From: an uncultured delta proteobacterium
GTDB lineage: Bacteria; Myxococcota; Kuafuiibacteriia; Kuafuiibacteriales; Kuafuiibacteriaceae
Reading direction: 5' to 3'
Assembly (NCBI GenBank): GCA_963803435.1
Contig: CAWDML010000015.1
Coordinates: 45,922 to 109,921 of the forward strand
DNA length: 64,000 bases
Shown piece after piece: positions 1-9,110 of the stretch. Under the pieces are notes generated by a model that worked only from the letters and a program-made list of their open reading frames with translations, made no database searches and was not told where the DNA came from. Made by a program: the position numbers and the translations under genes. Numbering within the stretch: the stretch's first letter is position 1; the number at the start of each line of letters is the position of its first letter.

Positions 1-952
1 CCTTCTCGGCGAGCTCCTGGCAGTCCTGCAGGATCAGCCTCTGCGACGAGTACGCCGGGTTCGTCCCCTGGTAGACGTTGAAGAACAGGATGCCCCGGGA
101 CTCGCTGTCGTCGGCGAGGCTGGCCGGATAGCCGTGGAGGGCGATCAGCATCTGGGCGACGCAGAAGACGACGATGCCGAGCATGCTGAGGACCACGACG
201 GAGAGGGCCCGGTTGGTGCCGACGTTCTGCACCATGCCCAGCGGGAGCACGTACGCGATGGCCGCGCCGACCGCAAAGCCGCCGACGTGAGCGGCGTTGT
301 CGATGCCCGGGACGACGAGACCCCAGACGACTAGATAGATGCCCCACCGGATCAACACCTTCTTCACGTCGGCGCCGATCGGCCCCATGCGGTGGGTACC
401 CACCAGCGCCGCCCCCAGCATCCCGCAGACCGCGCCCGAGGCGCCCACCGAGAAGGACAGACCGCCGAGGACCACCGTGTGCCACGCATAGCTGGCGGCC
501 ATCGAGGCGGTGCCGCTGACGAGGTACATGATGATCATCTTCTTGCGATCGAAGATCTGCTCGACCAGCCGCCCGATCACGGCCAGCCCGTAGAGGTTGA
601 ACGCGATGTGGACCAGGTCGTGGTGCGCGAACATCGAGGTGACGAAGCGCCAGTACTCGCCTTGCCAGATCCCCCAGCTGGTGATCCCGCCCAGCGCATC
701 GATGCTGAACCCGGAGAACGCGATCGCGTTGGGGATGCCGGCGAGCATCGCCATCAAGGCGTAATAGACGAGGCACAAGAGCATCATGATCCCGGTCCCC
801 GGTGCGCCGCGGAGCGACTCGGGGAGCAGGTGCTCGAAGATCAGGCCCTCGAGCTTGGTCCCGTGGAGGTAGCGCCCGCACTGGCGGCACCGCACCAGCT
901 GCGGCGTGATCAGGGCGCCGCAGTCGGGACAGGTCTTGACGTCCGGATTCAC
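1..952 (-). CDS. Rhomboid-family intramembrane serine protease with N-terminal double-CxxC zinc ribbon (runs off window edge)
   Basis: Hand translation from GTG at 952: MNPDVKTCPDCGALITPQLVRCRQCG...EYWRFVTSMFAHHDLVHIAFN...VGASGAVCG...IDNAAHVGG. The WR, HxxxN, GASG and AHxGG rhomboid motifs are present. Missing from the ORF track because there is no stop inside the window. Confidence 0.9.
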   Translation of the reverse strand, partial: MNPDVKTCPDCGALITPQLVRCRQCGRYLHGTKLEGLIFEHLLPESLRGAPGTGIMMLLCLVYYALMAMLAGIPNAIAFSGFSIDALGGITSWGIWQGEYWRFVTSMFAHHDLVHIAFNLYGLAVIGRLVEQIFDRKKMIIMYLVSGTASMAASYAWHTVVLGGLSFSVGASGAVCGMLGAALVGTHRMGPIGADVKKVLIRWGIYLVVWGLVVPGIDNAAHVGGFAVGAAIAYVLPLGMVQNVGTNRALSVVVLSMLGIVVFCVAQMLIALHGYPASLADDSESRGILFFNVYQGTNPAYSSQRLILQDCQELAEK

Positions 953-956
953 GCGC

Positions 957-1367
957 TCAGCTCCTCGGCGGCGTCCCGGTCGAGGTGAGCGACTTCAGGA
1001 TGTCGATGGTCGTCGGGTCGGTGGGATGGATGCTGGGGCCCGTGAGGTCCACATCGAAGGCGTAGGTCGCCGCGGGCCAATCCTTCTTCTGAGGCACGTG
1101 CGCCGACACCCTCACAAAACCGTAACAGCTCGAGACGATCTCGCTCGACCAAGAAATGTCGAAATTCTCGACTCCGGGGTGAAGCGCCAGGATGGCGTCC
1201 GTGATCGTGGGGCCGTCGGGGACCGCTCGGTAGTCGCGGACCAGCGTGGTGGCCTTCTCGTGATCGGAGGTATCGAACCGCCCCTGGAGCCAGGTGAGGG
1301 TGGCGAACAGGACTCCGATCAGGGACGCGGCCAAGAGGAGCCGCCAGAGGTCCAGGCCCTTGCGCAC
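957..1367 (-). CDS. Hypothetical membrane-anchored protein
   Basis: 136 aa with an N-terminal hydrophobic helix; packed tightly between its neighbours. Confidence 0.7.
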   Translation of the reverse strand: MRKGLDLWRLLLAASLIGVLFATLTWLQGRFDTSDHEKATTLVRDYRAVPDGPTITDAILALHPGVENFDISWSSEIVSSCYGFVRVSAHVPQKKDWPAATYAFDVDLTGPSIHPTDPTTIDILKSLTSTGTPPRS

Positions 1368-1789
1368 TAACGACGGCCTACGCGGGATGTCACCAACTCG
1401 TCGAGCGCCTTCTTCTGCTGGGGCGACGCCCGCGCATCGACGCGCGTCCTGCGTTTGGCGGGCTGCGTGCGGACGTCGGGCGCGGCCGCGCGGGTGGCGC
1501 GCCGCAGGATCGCCACGCGCTCACTCGCGCGGGGATCATGCTGCACCTTGGGGACGCTCTTGGGCGCCGGCTTCTTGGCCGGACTCTTCCACGAGGCCCA
1601 CAGCGAGTCGACCCAGGCCCTCGCCTGCGGCGCGAGCCGATGCAGGCGATAGCGGCGATACAACGTCTGCCCGCCGACCTCGATGCTGACGACCGCGAAC
1701 GCGAGCCCGACCAAGACCCCGAAGAACACGAGGTAACGAAGGAGGGTACGCACGCGGACATCATCGGCCGTGCTCGTACCTCTGTCCAA
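1367..1789 (-). CDS. Hypothetical membrane-anchored basic protein
   Basis: One TM segment (YLVFFGVLVGLAFAVVSI) followed by a Lys/Arg/Pro-rich tail; 1-nt overlap with the downstream ORF. Start uncertain. Confidence 0.65.
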   Translation of the reverse strand: MDRGTSTADDVRVRTLLRYLVFFGVLVGLAFAVVSIEVGGQTLYRRYRLHRLAPQARAWVDSLWASWKSPAKKPAPKSVPKVQHDPRASERVAILRRATRAAAPDVRTQPAKRRTRVDARASPQQKKALDELVTSRVGRR

Positions 1790-1802
1790 AAACTGGACGG
1801 GA

Positions 1803-3068
1803 TCAGGTTCGGATGAACTTCTGCTCGCCGTTCGGCCCGTCGAGCCAGCGGCCGAAGGCCTCGTGAAGGCGCGACTCGCGGGCCCAGGCGACGATCAGGT
1901 CGGCGATCGCCTGCGCCCGGGCCACCGGCTCAGGGTTCTGATCAGCGAGCGCCGCCAGCTTCTCCACGAAGTCGTTCCGGGCCGCGACCACCCGCTCCCG
2001 CTCTTCCCCGCTGAGCCAGGGCAGATCCTCGTAGTTGAGGAGCGGGAGGCCGCCGCGCTGATCGAACGTCGGGAGCCGCGCTTCGGGCTGCGCGCCGCCG
2101 GGATAGAACGTCGAGCCCGCCATGAAGCGATAGAGCCGCTGGCCCTCGCCGGGCTTCACGGCCTCGATCCGGTCTGCGACCTCGCGCGGCAGCGACTTCA
2201 CCTGGAGCGGGCGCCGCTTCGAGTCGTAGTGCAGCTCGTCGGGGGCGAGCCGAAGCAGGCGCAGCCCGTCCTTCCCGTCGAAGCCCCAGTTGCCGTTGAC
2301 CAGGCCGTCGAGGAGGGAGTCGACGATCCGAGCCTTCTCCGGAGCGGTGCCGCCCCGCGTCTCGAACCCGACGCGGTCGCGGTGGCCGTAGGCGCCGCTG
2401 CCTCGCACGTTCACGATCAGGTGCTTCGAGAACGCGGTGGCGAACATGTTCTTGCCGCCGAGGATCTCTGCGCCCAGCTCGAGGTGCTGCTCGGTGGGGA
2501 TCGACAGCCCCTTGATCGAGAACTTCCAGTGGTCCTCGTCGTTGCCGCGGGCGCCGCGCGTCGCCAGCGCGTCGAGGAAGCACCAGAGGTTCGCGTTCCG
2601 CATCCAGGTGATCTGGCGCTGGATGACCTCGGGTCCGCCGCCGCGCATGAAGCTGGTGTGGACGTGACCCCAGCCGAAGTTCTTGAGGAAGTCGGCGAGC
2701 TCGTCGACGTCGTCGAACGGGTTGCTGATGACCTCGATCCAGCCGTTCTTCTCGAACTCAATCTTGGTGTACTCGGCGCCCGGCAGTGCCTGCATCTTGG
2801 GAAAGTTGCCGTGGCGCGCCTTGTAAGCGAGCGCCCACTGCGCCTTGCCCTTGTCGTTGAGATCGGTCCAGGCGACCTGCGCCGAGGGCTTCACGGCCAC
2901 GCCGGCCTGCAGGAGGTCCTGCGTGACGTTACCGAGCAGGCTCGCGTCCCACGCGCTGGGGATGGTGCCGTCGAGCTTCCTGCCCGCGTCCATCTTGCGG
3001 AGATTGAACTCCTTCTCAGCGCCGGTCTGGACCGGGTTCCGAGTTGCGATGTCGATCAGCCTCGTCAT
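1803..3068 (-). CDS. Hypothetical protein with putative COOH-NH2 ligase (amidoligase / glutamate-cysteine ligase-like) motifs
   Basis: ATG at 3068 is preceded by a GAGGA RBS. Ordered motifs KIEFE, WIEVISNP, GHVHTSF, KHLIVNVR, GFETRG resemble ExE / EvvSP / GxHvH / KxxxvNxr / EfR of this superfamily. Confidence 0.55.
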   Translation of the reverse strand: MTRLIDIATRNPVQTGAEKEFNLRKMDAGRKLDGTIPSAWDASLLGNVTQDLLQAGVAVKPSAQVAWTDLNDKGKAQWALAYKARHGNFPKMQALPGAEYTKIEFEKNGWIEVISNPFDDVDELADFLKNFGWGHVHTSFMRGGGPEVIQRQITWMRNANLWCFLDALATRGARGNDEDHWKFSIKGLSIPTEQHLELGAEILGGKNMFATAFSKHLIVNVRGSGAYGHRDRVGFETRGGTAPEKARIVDSLLDGLVNGNWGFDGKDGLRLLRLAPDELHYDSKRRPLQVKSLPREVADRIEAVKPGEGQRLYRFMAGSTFYPGGAQPEARLPTFDQRGGLPLLNYEDLPWLSGEERERVVAARNDFVEKLAALADQNPEPVARAQAIADLIVAWARESRLHEAFGRWLDGPNGEQKFIRT

Positions 3069-3079
3069 GCCAACATCCT

Positions 3080-4287
3080 CACCAGCCGGTGCGGCTCGCG
3101 ATCGAACTGCACGCTCCAGAGCGACTCCAGGTCGGTCAGCCCGCCCTCGAGCGCGCGCTTCAAGAATCCCGTTCACCGCCTCGCGATAGAAGCCCTGTCC
3201 GCCCGCCGGATCCGCGTCCGCCATGTCTTGAACCGTGGTCGCCAGCGCGCGCAGCGGGAAGAGCGCCTCGGCGTCGATGGCCCGCAGCACGGCGTCGAGC
3301 CGCGGCCGCCACGACGATGAGAATCCCGGCGTGAACGTCGAGCTCCCCCATGAAGCCGGCGATGAGCAGCGGCTCGGGTGGCTCGCCGGTCGCGAGCGCG
3401 CGGGCGATCCGGTGCGCCTCAGCGTGCGACTGCTCGTGCCGTCCCTCCGAGAGGTAGAGCGACATCGACCCGTGCCGCCGCCGCCGATAGTCCTCCCGCG
3501 ACTCGGGGTGGAACTCGCCGATCCGGGTCATCGAATAGTCGGGCGCCGAGCTCGCCTGATCGAACATCACCGCGAACGCGTCCAGGTACGGCTGGCCGCG
3601 AAGCTGCGATTCCAGCTCCGGCTCGCCAGCGATACGCGCGAGCGCAGGGGCCGCCTCGAGGCCCTCGCCGCGTCTCAGGAGCGGCGTGCGTGCCGGGCGC
3701 CCCAGCTTCGTCGCCCTGGCGCGCAGCAGCGCCAGTTGACCGGCGGGAAACTTCGCGACGGCCTCGCACATTCCGGCCGACGCCAGCGCGATGGAGACGG
3801 CCTCGGGATCCGAGAGGTCCCCGCGCCGGCGACCCATGAACGCGTTCAGCGACTCGACGGCCGACGCTAGCCGCCGGGCCTCCTCCCACGATCCGCGCGC
3901 CTCGGAGAGCGCGATCGGGGGTACCTGATCGATCGCGGACTCGCCCGCGCCCAGGGCCCGCATGAGACGCTCCGCGACCGCCCGCGCCCGCTGGGCGGAC
4001 GCCGCGTTCCCGAGGCCGCGCTCGCAGCGCTCGATCACCAGCGCGTCTCCGGGATGGACGCTCCCGAGTGCGCTCACGCCCAGCATCACGTCGATCGCCC
4101 GCTGCCACTTGCCCATCTTCAGCAGCGCGACCGCCTGGCGCCTGAGCCCGTCGATCGCGTCGCCGCCGATCGCGAGCCCGTCGGCGAGATCGCACTCGCC
4201 CTCGAGGTAGAGCTCGACCGATCCCCAGGAGCGGATCGAGTCGTCGTCCCGCCGTGCGTAGAGGTCCGCTTGGTGTATTCCGGCCAT
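3080..4287 (-). CDS. Hypothetical protein with N-terminal SycD/LcrH-like TPR chaperone region; probable frameshift near 3300
   Basis: ELYLEGECDLADGLAIGGDAIDGLRRQAVALLKMGKWQRAIDVMLGVSALG resembles the class II T3SS chaperone N-terminus. Protein-like reading continues in the frame of ORF 1803..3290. The 3' end is approximate, and this could be two genes. Confidence 0.5.
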
Positions 4288-4294
4288 GGTGAAC

Positions 4295-5899
4295 CTACGC
4301 CGCCGTCATCTGTTCGAGGCGCGCCAGCGTCTCGGTCTTTCCCAGCAGCACCATGGTGTGGTGGAGCGGGAAGCCTTCTGGGTTGCCGGTCAGCATCCAG
4401 CGGAGCGACTTGCCGTAGGCGGTGTAGCCGGCGCCGGTCGCCTCGTTGAACTTGTCGAGCTCCTTGTCCAGTGTCTCGACCGTCCACTTGGTGGCGGCGA
4501 CCTTCCCCAGCTGCGCCGACAGCTTGCGCATGAGCTCCTTCTGCTTGGTTCCGCCGAGCTGCTTCGCGTCCTTCTCGTCGAAGCGCAGCGGAGATCGCAC
4601 GATCGCGACCGAGTCGATCGCGTCCATGTACGTGCCGAAGCGCTTCTTGCCGCCGTCGGCGAGCGCATGCACCTGCTCCTTCGACAGATCTGCCAGAGCG
4701 GCTTTCGCCTCTTCGGGCGTCACTCCGTTGCGAGTGAAGAAGCTCGGATCGTCGACGTACGCATCGACGCGCTCGGCGTCGTCCAGGATGGCCTGGATCG
4801 CGGCTGCCAGCGCGTCGGTCGGCATCCGCATGATCTCGGTGAACATCCGCAGCACCAGCGGACCCGGCCGGACCTCGTACTTCTCACCTTTCTTCACGCA
4901 CTCGGTCAGCCCGAGCACCGACTCCTTCTTCGACATGCGAGTCGGGTCGAACCTCTTCGCCAGCTCGTCGATCGACAGCGTGTCGTTGGTATCGAACCCC
5001 ATGCCGAGCCGGGCCAGGTGGTTGATCAGCACCTCCGGCGAGAAGCCTTGGTTCTCGTAGTCGATCACGCTGGTCGCGCCGTGCCGCTTCGAGAGCTTGC
5101 CGCCCGCCTTCACCTGGGACGGGTCCTCCGGATCGGGGGCCGGATCTCCGTGGATCAGAGGCATGTGATAGAACTCGGGCACCTGATAGCCGAGCGCCCG
5201 GAACAGCTCGATCTGCTTGGCCGCGTTCACCAGGTGCTCATGCCCGCGGAAGATGTGCGTGATCCCTTGCTCGCCGTCGTCGACGACGTTGGCCAGCAGG
5301 AACATCGGCGAGCCGTCCGACCGCTGGATCACGAAGTCGGGCTCCGGATCGACCTCGACCCGCCCCTTGAGGCGGTCGTTGACGACCAGCTTTCCCTCCT
5401 TCGGCATGATGAAGAAGACGGCGCCCGTGTCGGGATCGCGACGCGCCTTGTCGGCGGCCAGGAGCGCCTCCACCTTCGTCGAGTAGAGCTCGGTGCGCTG
5501 CGATTGAAACACCGGCTCCTCGTCCCAGGAGAGCCCGAGCCAGCGGAGGCCGTCATAGATGGCCTCGGTGTACTCGGGCTTCGAGCGCATGTGGTCGGTG
5601 TCCTCGATGCGCAAGAGGAAGTCGCCGCCGTTGGCCTTGGCGAACAGATAGTTCACCAGCGCCGTGCGCGCTCCTCCGATGTGCAGGTGCCCGGTCGGGC
5701 TGGGGGCAAAGCGGACGCGGACCCTCTTCGGGGCCTCCGGTTCGCCGCCGCCGAGCTTGAGGACGTCGTCCGCGGTCAAGCTCCGGAGTGCCGGACGCTG
5801 GAGGCGGGTTCGACGATCGGCGCGGGCGGCGGGGCCGACGTCTCCGGGGGCGTGCGCGTGGACCGTTCGCGGTCTGTTTGCGGCTCCTTCGACAACCAT
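4295..5899 (-). CDS. gltX: Glutamate--tRNA ligase-like protein (divergent GltX with N-terminal extension)
   Basis: RVRFAPSPTGHLHIGG (HIGH), LLRIEDTD, ANVVDD, KLSKR (KMSKS) and an anticodon-domain-like LRWMLTG...LGKTETLARL. Confidence 0.9.
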   Translation of the reverse strand: MVVEGAANRPRTVHAHAPGDVGPAARADRRTRLQRPALRSLTADDVLKLGGGEPEAPKRVRVRFAPSPTGHLHIGGARTALVNYLFAKANGGDFLLRIEDTDHMRSKPEYTEAIYDGLRWLGLSWDEEPVFQSQRTELYSTKVEALLAADKARRDPDTGAVFFIMPKEGKLVVNDRLKGRVEVDPEPDFVIQRSDGSPMFLLANVVDDGEQGITHIFRGHEHLVNAAKQIELFRALGYQVPEFYHMPLIHGDPAPDPEDPSQVKAGGKLSKRHGATSVIDYENQGFSPEVLINHLARLGMGFDTNDTLSIDELAKRFDPTRMSKKESVLGLTECVKKGEKYEVRPGPLVLRMFTEIMRMPTDALAAAIQAILDDAERVDAYVDDPSFFTRNGVTPEEAKAALADLSKEQVHALADGGKKRFGTYMDAIDSVAIVRSPLRFDEKDAKQLGGTKQKELMRKLSAQLGKVAATKWTVETLDKELDKFNEATGAGYTAYGKSLRWMLTGNPEGFPLHHTMVLLGKTETLARLEQMTAA

Positions 5900-5913
5900 C
5901 GGTTAACTCATCC

Positions 5914-8900
5914 TCACTTCGGTACCAGCACGATGAACTCGTTCTCGAAGACCTTCGAGTCCTGCTGAAAGTTGTGGATCCATCGCCTCACCGTCGCCAC
6001 CCCGCGCTGGCCTTGAGGCGGATCCGAATCCATATATTCCTCCCCCGTGTTCCCCATGCGAGTCAGAAGCTTCATCTCTTTCTTGTCGACCTCGGTTCCG
6101 TAACGCTTGCAGAGGTCGAGCAGGATCTCGTTCATGTCCGCGAACTGCTGGTGTCCGCTGAATCGGTTCGTCTTGCTGGCGTCCCAGTAGTATTCGGTCG
6201 CGAAGCCGCACGCGATCCCCATGCTGGAGGCGCGGCGCAGCAGGTGCTCGATCAGCCGGCGCTTCTCATCGTGGTTCGCTTCGAACGGTGGATAGGCCTT
6301 GTCGATGATCAACATCGGCTCGCCCTCGTGTCCTTCGTCCTGTCGCTCCACCAGGCGCATCATGGCGCGACGCTCCTGGCCGGCTGCGTTCCTCGTGACG
6401 ATCATGCGCTTGTTGGGATCGGTCCAGTACGCCATCCCCTCGCCGTGGCCGCCCGGCCAGTTGAGACAGCCGCCGCCGGTCTTCGCCCGATCGACGGTCA
6501 TCGCGTACATCGTCGGCAGGTCGGGGCCGTCGTCCGTCACCACGCGCGAGTAGCTGATCCCGGCCAGGCGGATCGTCCAGACCAGCTCCTCCATCGCGTC
6601 GTCCAGCGGCGGTCCGAACACCTTGCGGAACGACGGGATCCGATCCGCCAGCCGCGCGAAGCGCTCGGGGGTCACGTTCTCGGGTGTCAGCTCCGCGAGC
6701 GTGGTCGCCCACTCGATCGCCTCGATCTGCTTCGGAAGATCCTCGACCTCGCGGACCAGGCCGAGCCACTCCTCGCGGTCCTTCGACTTGTCGATCTGCC
6801 GGATCCGGACCACGAGCGCGTCGCGCTTGGTCTGGATCTCGTCGAGTGGGCCCCAGGACTCGTTCAGGCGCTCCAGGATCGCGTTCCCGATCAGCGCGGT
6901 CCGCTGGAGGCGCTGGAGGAACACCTGCTCCCCGTCGCCCTCGAACCGGATGTGCGTCATCCTCTGCGCCGTCTTCCACTGTGCGGCCGCCTCGCCGGTG
7001 AGACACGCGAGGTGCGTCTCCGCGTGCGGGGTCTCGAAGCGGTACTGATCCACGCGGTCCGCCAGCGCGGCCTCGAGCAGGCCCTTCAGGATCTCCTGGT
7101 CGACGTTGGCGTTGCCGGCGGCGGCCGAGAACAGGGGTGCCAGCGGCCCTTGGACGTCCGCGAGCCCCTTCTCAGTGATGTGCACCTCGCCGGCGCCCTG
7201 GAGGAGCTGTCCGAGGTTGAGCTTCTCCATCACGGCGCCGTGCATGCGGTGCTCGATCTCGGCGACCAGGTTTTCCTGGGCGTCGAGCTTCTGCACCGCC
7301 GCCAGGACGTACTCGGCGCTGGGCGCGAAGTCGGTCTCGATGTTGACGTAGTTGGCGAGCTTGCAGACGTCGGCCATCCGCAGCTTCGCACCCAGGATCG
7401 CCCGCACCAAATCGACCGCGTCGCCGCCGTTCTGCTCGGTCGTGACCAGCAGCGTCCGCAGGTTTCGCTCGTGGTCCTTGTTGCCGCGACCGCTGGCGAA
7501 GAACTTGTCGAGATCGGTCAGCCAGGTGTCGAGCTCCGCGCCGTGCTTCGTGCCGATCGCGATCAGTCGCGCGATCGCGTCGCCCGGAAGTCGCGGCCAC
7601 GCTGCGTCGAGCATCGCGACGTCGAGCCCGGCCTTCGCCACTGCCGCCATGTCCTCGGCGAATCCGTGGCGGAGGAGCTCCACGATCGGGCCGCCCTCGA
7701 CCTTCGGGATCTCGGCGGAGTAGCGGGCGGCGTTGCGCTCGGCGTGGGCCCGCACCTCCGGATCGCCGGCGCCCGCGGCCAGCGCCGCAGTCAGCGACTC
7801 GAGGAGCGCCGGGTTGCCCTCGGCGTACCGCGCCGCGACCCCGATCAGCGAGTTGGCGAGGGTCACCGGATCGTCCGGCACTCCGACCACCGCGATGATC
7901 TGGGCCAGCAGCCCCAGGGTCGCCGTCGCATCCTGTGGCTCGACCCGGAGCAGGTGCTTGGCACCGAGGGCCTCGATCGACTCGGCCGCCAGCCCGGCCG
8001 CGCCGAGCTGGATGAGCTGCTGCGTGATCTGATCGGCGGCCCCGTCGGGCGGCGCGCCCCGTCCGAGGAACGAGAGCTGCGCCGCGGCGATCGCCTTCAG
8101 CATCTCGGACGGCTGACCTGCGCTCGCCGCCAGCTGGCGATAGAACACGCTTCGCGAGGTGGTGGAGAGCTCCCGATCGGCGCGTGCGCCCAGCTCCGCG
8201 AGTGCGGGCTGATCTCCGAGCTGCGCCAGGAGCGGCGCGATCTCCTGCTCCGCCGCCGCCGCCTCGGCCGCCAGACGGTCGCGATGCGCGCGGGCCGCCG
8301 CCGCCTGCTGGGCGAGGATCTCGACCTGTCCGTCCGTCAGCCCCGCCTTGAGGCCCGCTGAGACCGTGTTTGCGACGGCGTGATCGTCCTGCTCTCCACC
8401 GATGGCCGCGAGCGCGGCCCGCAGCGTGCCCTCGAAGAGCTTCTCGGTATGGCCGCCCGAGGCGACAATCGTCGGCACCGCTTCCACCAGCGTCTGAGTC
8501 GCCGCCTTCAGCGCAATCTCGTCGTTGTTGCGACCCAACGCCTTCACGCCGGCGTCGAAGGCAGCTCCGATCTGCTGCGGATCGAGCTGGCTCGACGCGA
8601 ACGCGAGGCGCTCGAATCGCGCGCGCCTGCGGCGCGGTGAGCTTCGGAGCCGCCGCGATCGAGCGGAGCACCGCGAGCACGTCCGCGATGGATCGGCTCG
8701 AGCTCCCCGGATCGAGCTTCGACAGCCCGCCGCTCATCGTTCCCAGCACGCGCGCCGGAAGCTCACGGAGGCGCGCCGCCTGCCCGGCGTCGAGCCGCTC
8801 GGCGGCCTCGTCGAGGGCGCTGGCGGTCTCGGCGACCTGCGCCGTCAGCTCTTGGATGCTCGAGAGGTGGCGGGCGAGCAGCGGTCCCGGCAGGTTCAGC

Positions 8901-9110
8901 TTCGCGCCGGCCGCGAATATGTCGGAGACCGTCTGCCGCATCAGCGCGCCGGAGAGTCCCTTCTTGCTGGCGACCGGCGCGGCCCGCCTGGTCCGCGTGC
9001 TCGGGGGCTCGTCCGCCGCGGGCGGAGCTCGAATCGAGAGGCACCGGTGCGCCCAGGTCGTGCACGAGGCGCGTCCGATGCGCGCCGAGCCTGCCGATGA
9101 AACCCACCAC
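5914..9110 (-). CDS. Large helical hypothetical protein (~1060 aa if frameshifts near 9040 and 8620 are repaired) with C-terminal alpha/beta domain
   Basis: The 877-aa ORF joins N-terminal pieces from ORFs 7172..8941 (MRQTVSDIF...) and 8763..9110 (MVGFIGRLG...). The GTG start overlaps the upstream stop at 9110. Confidence 0.7.
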
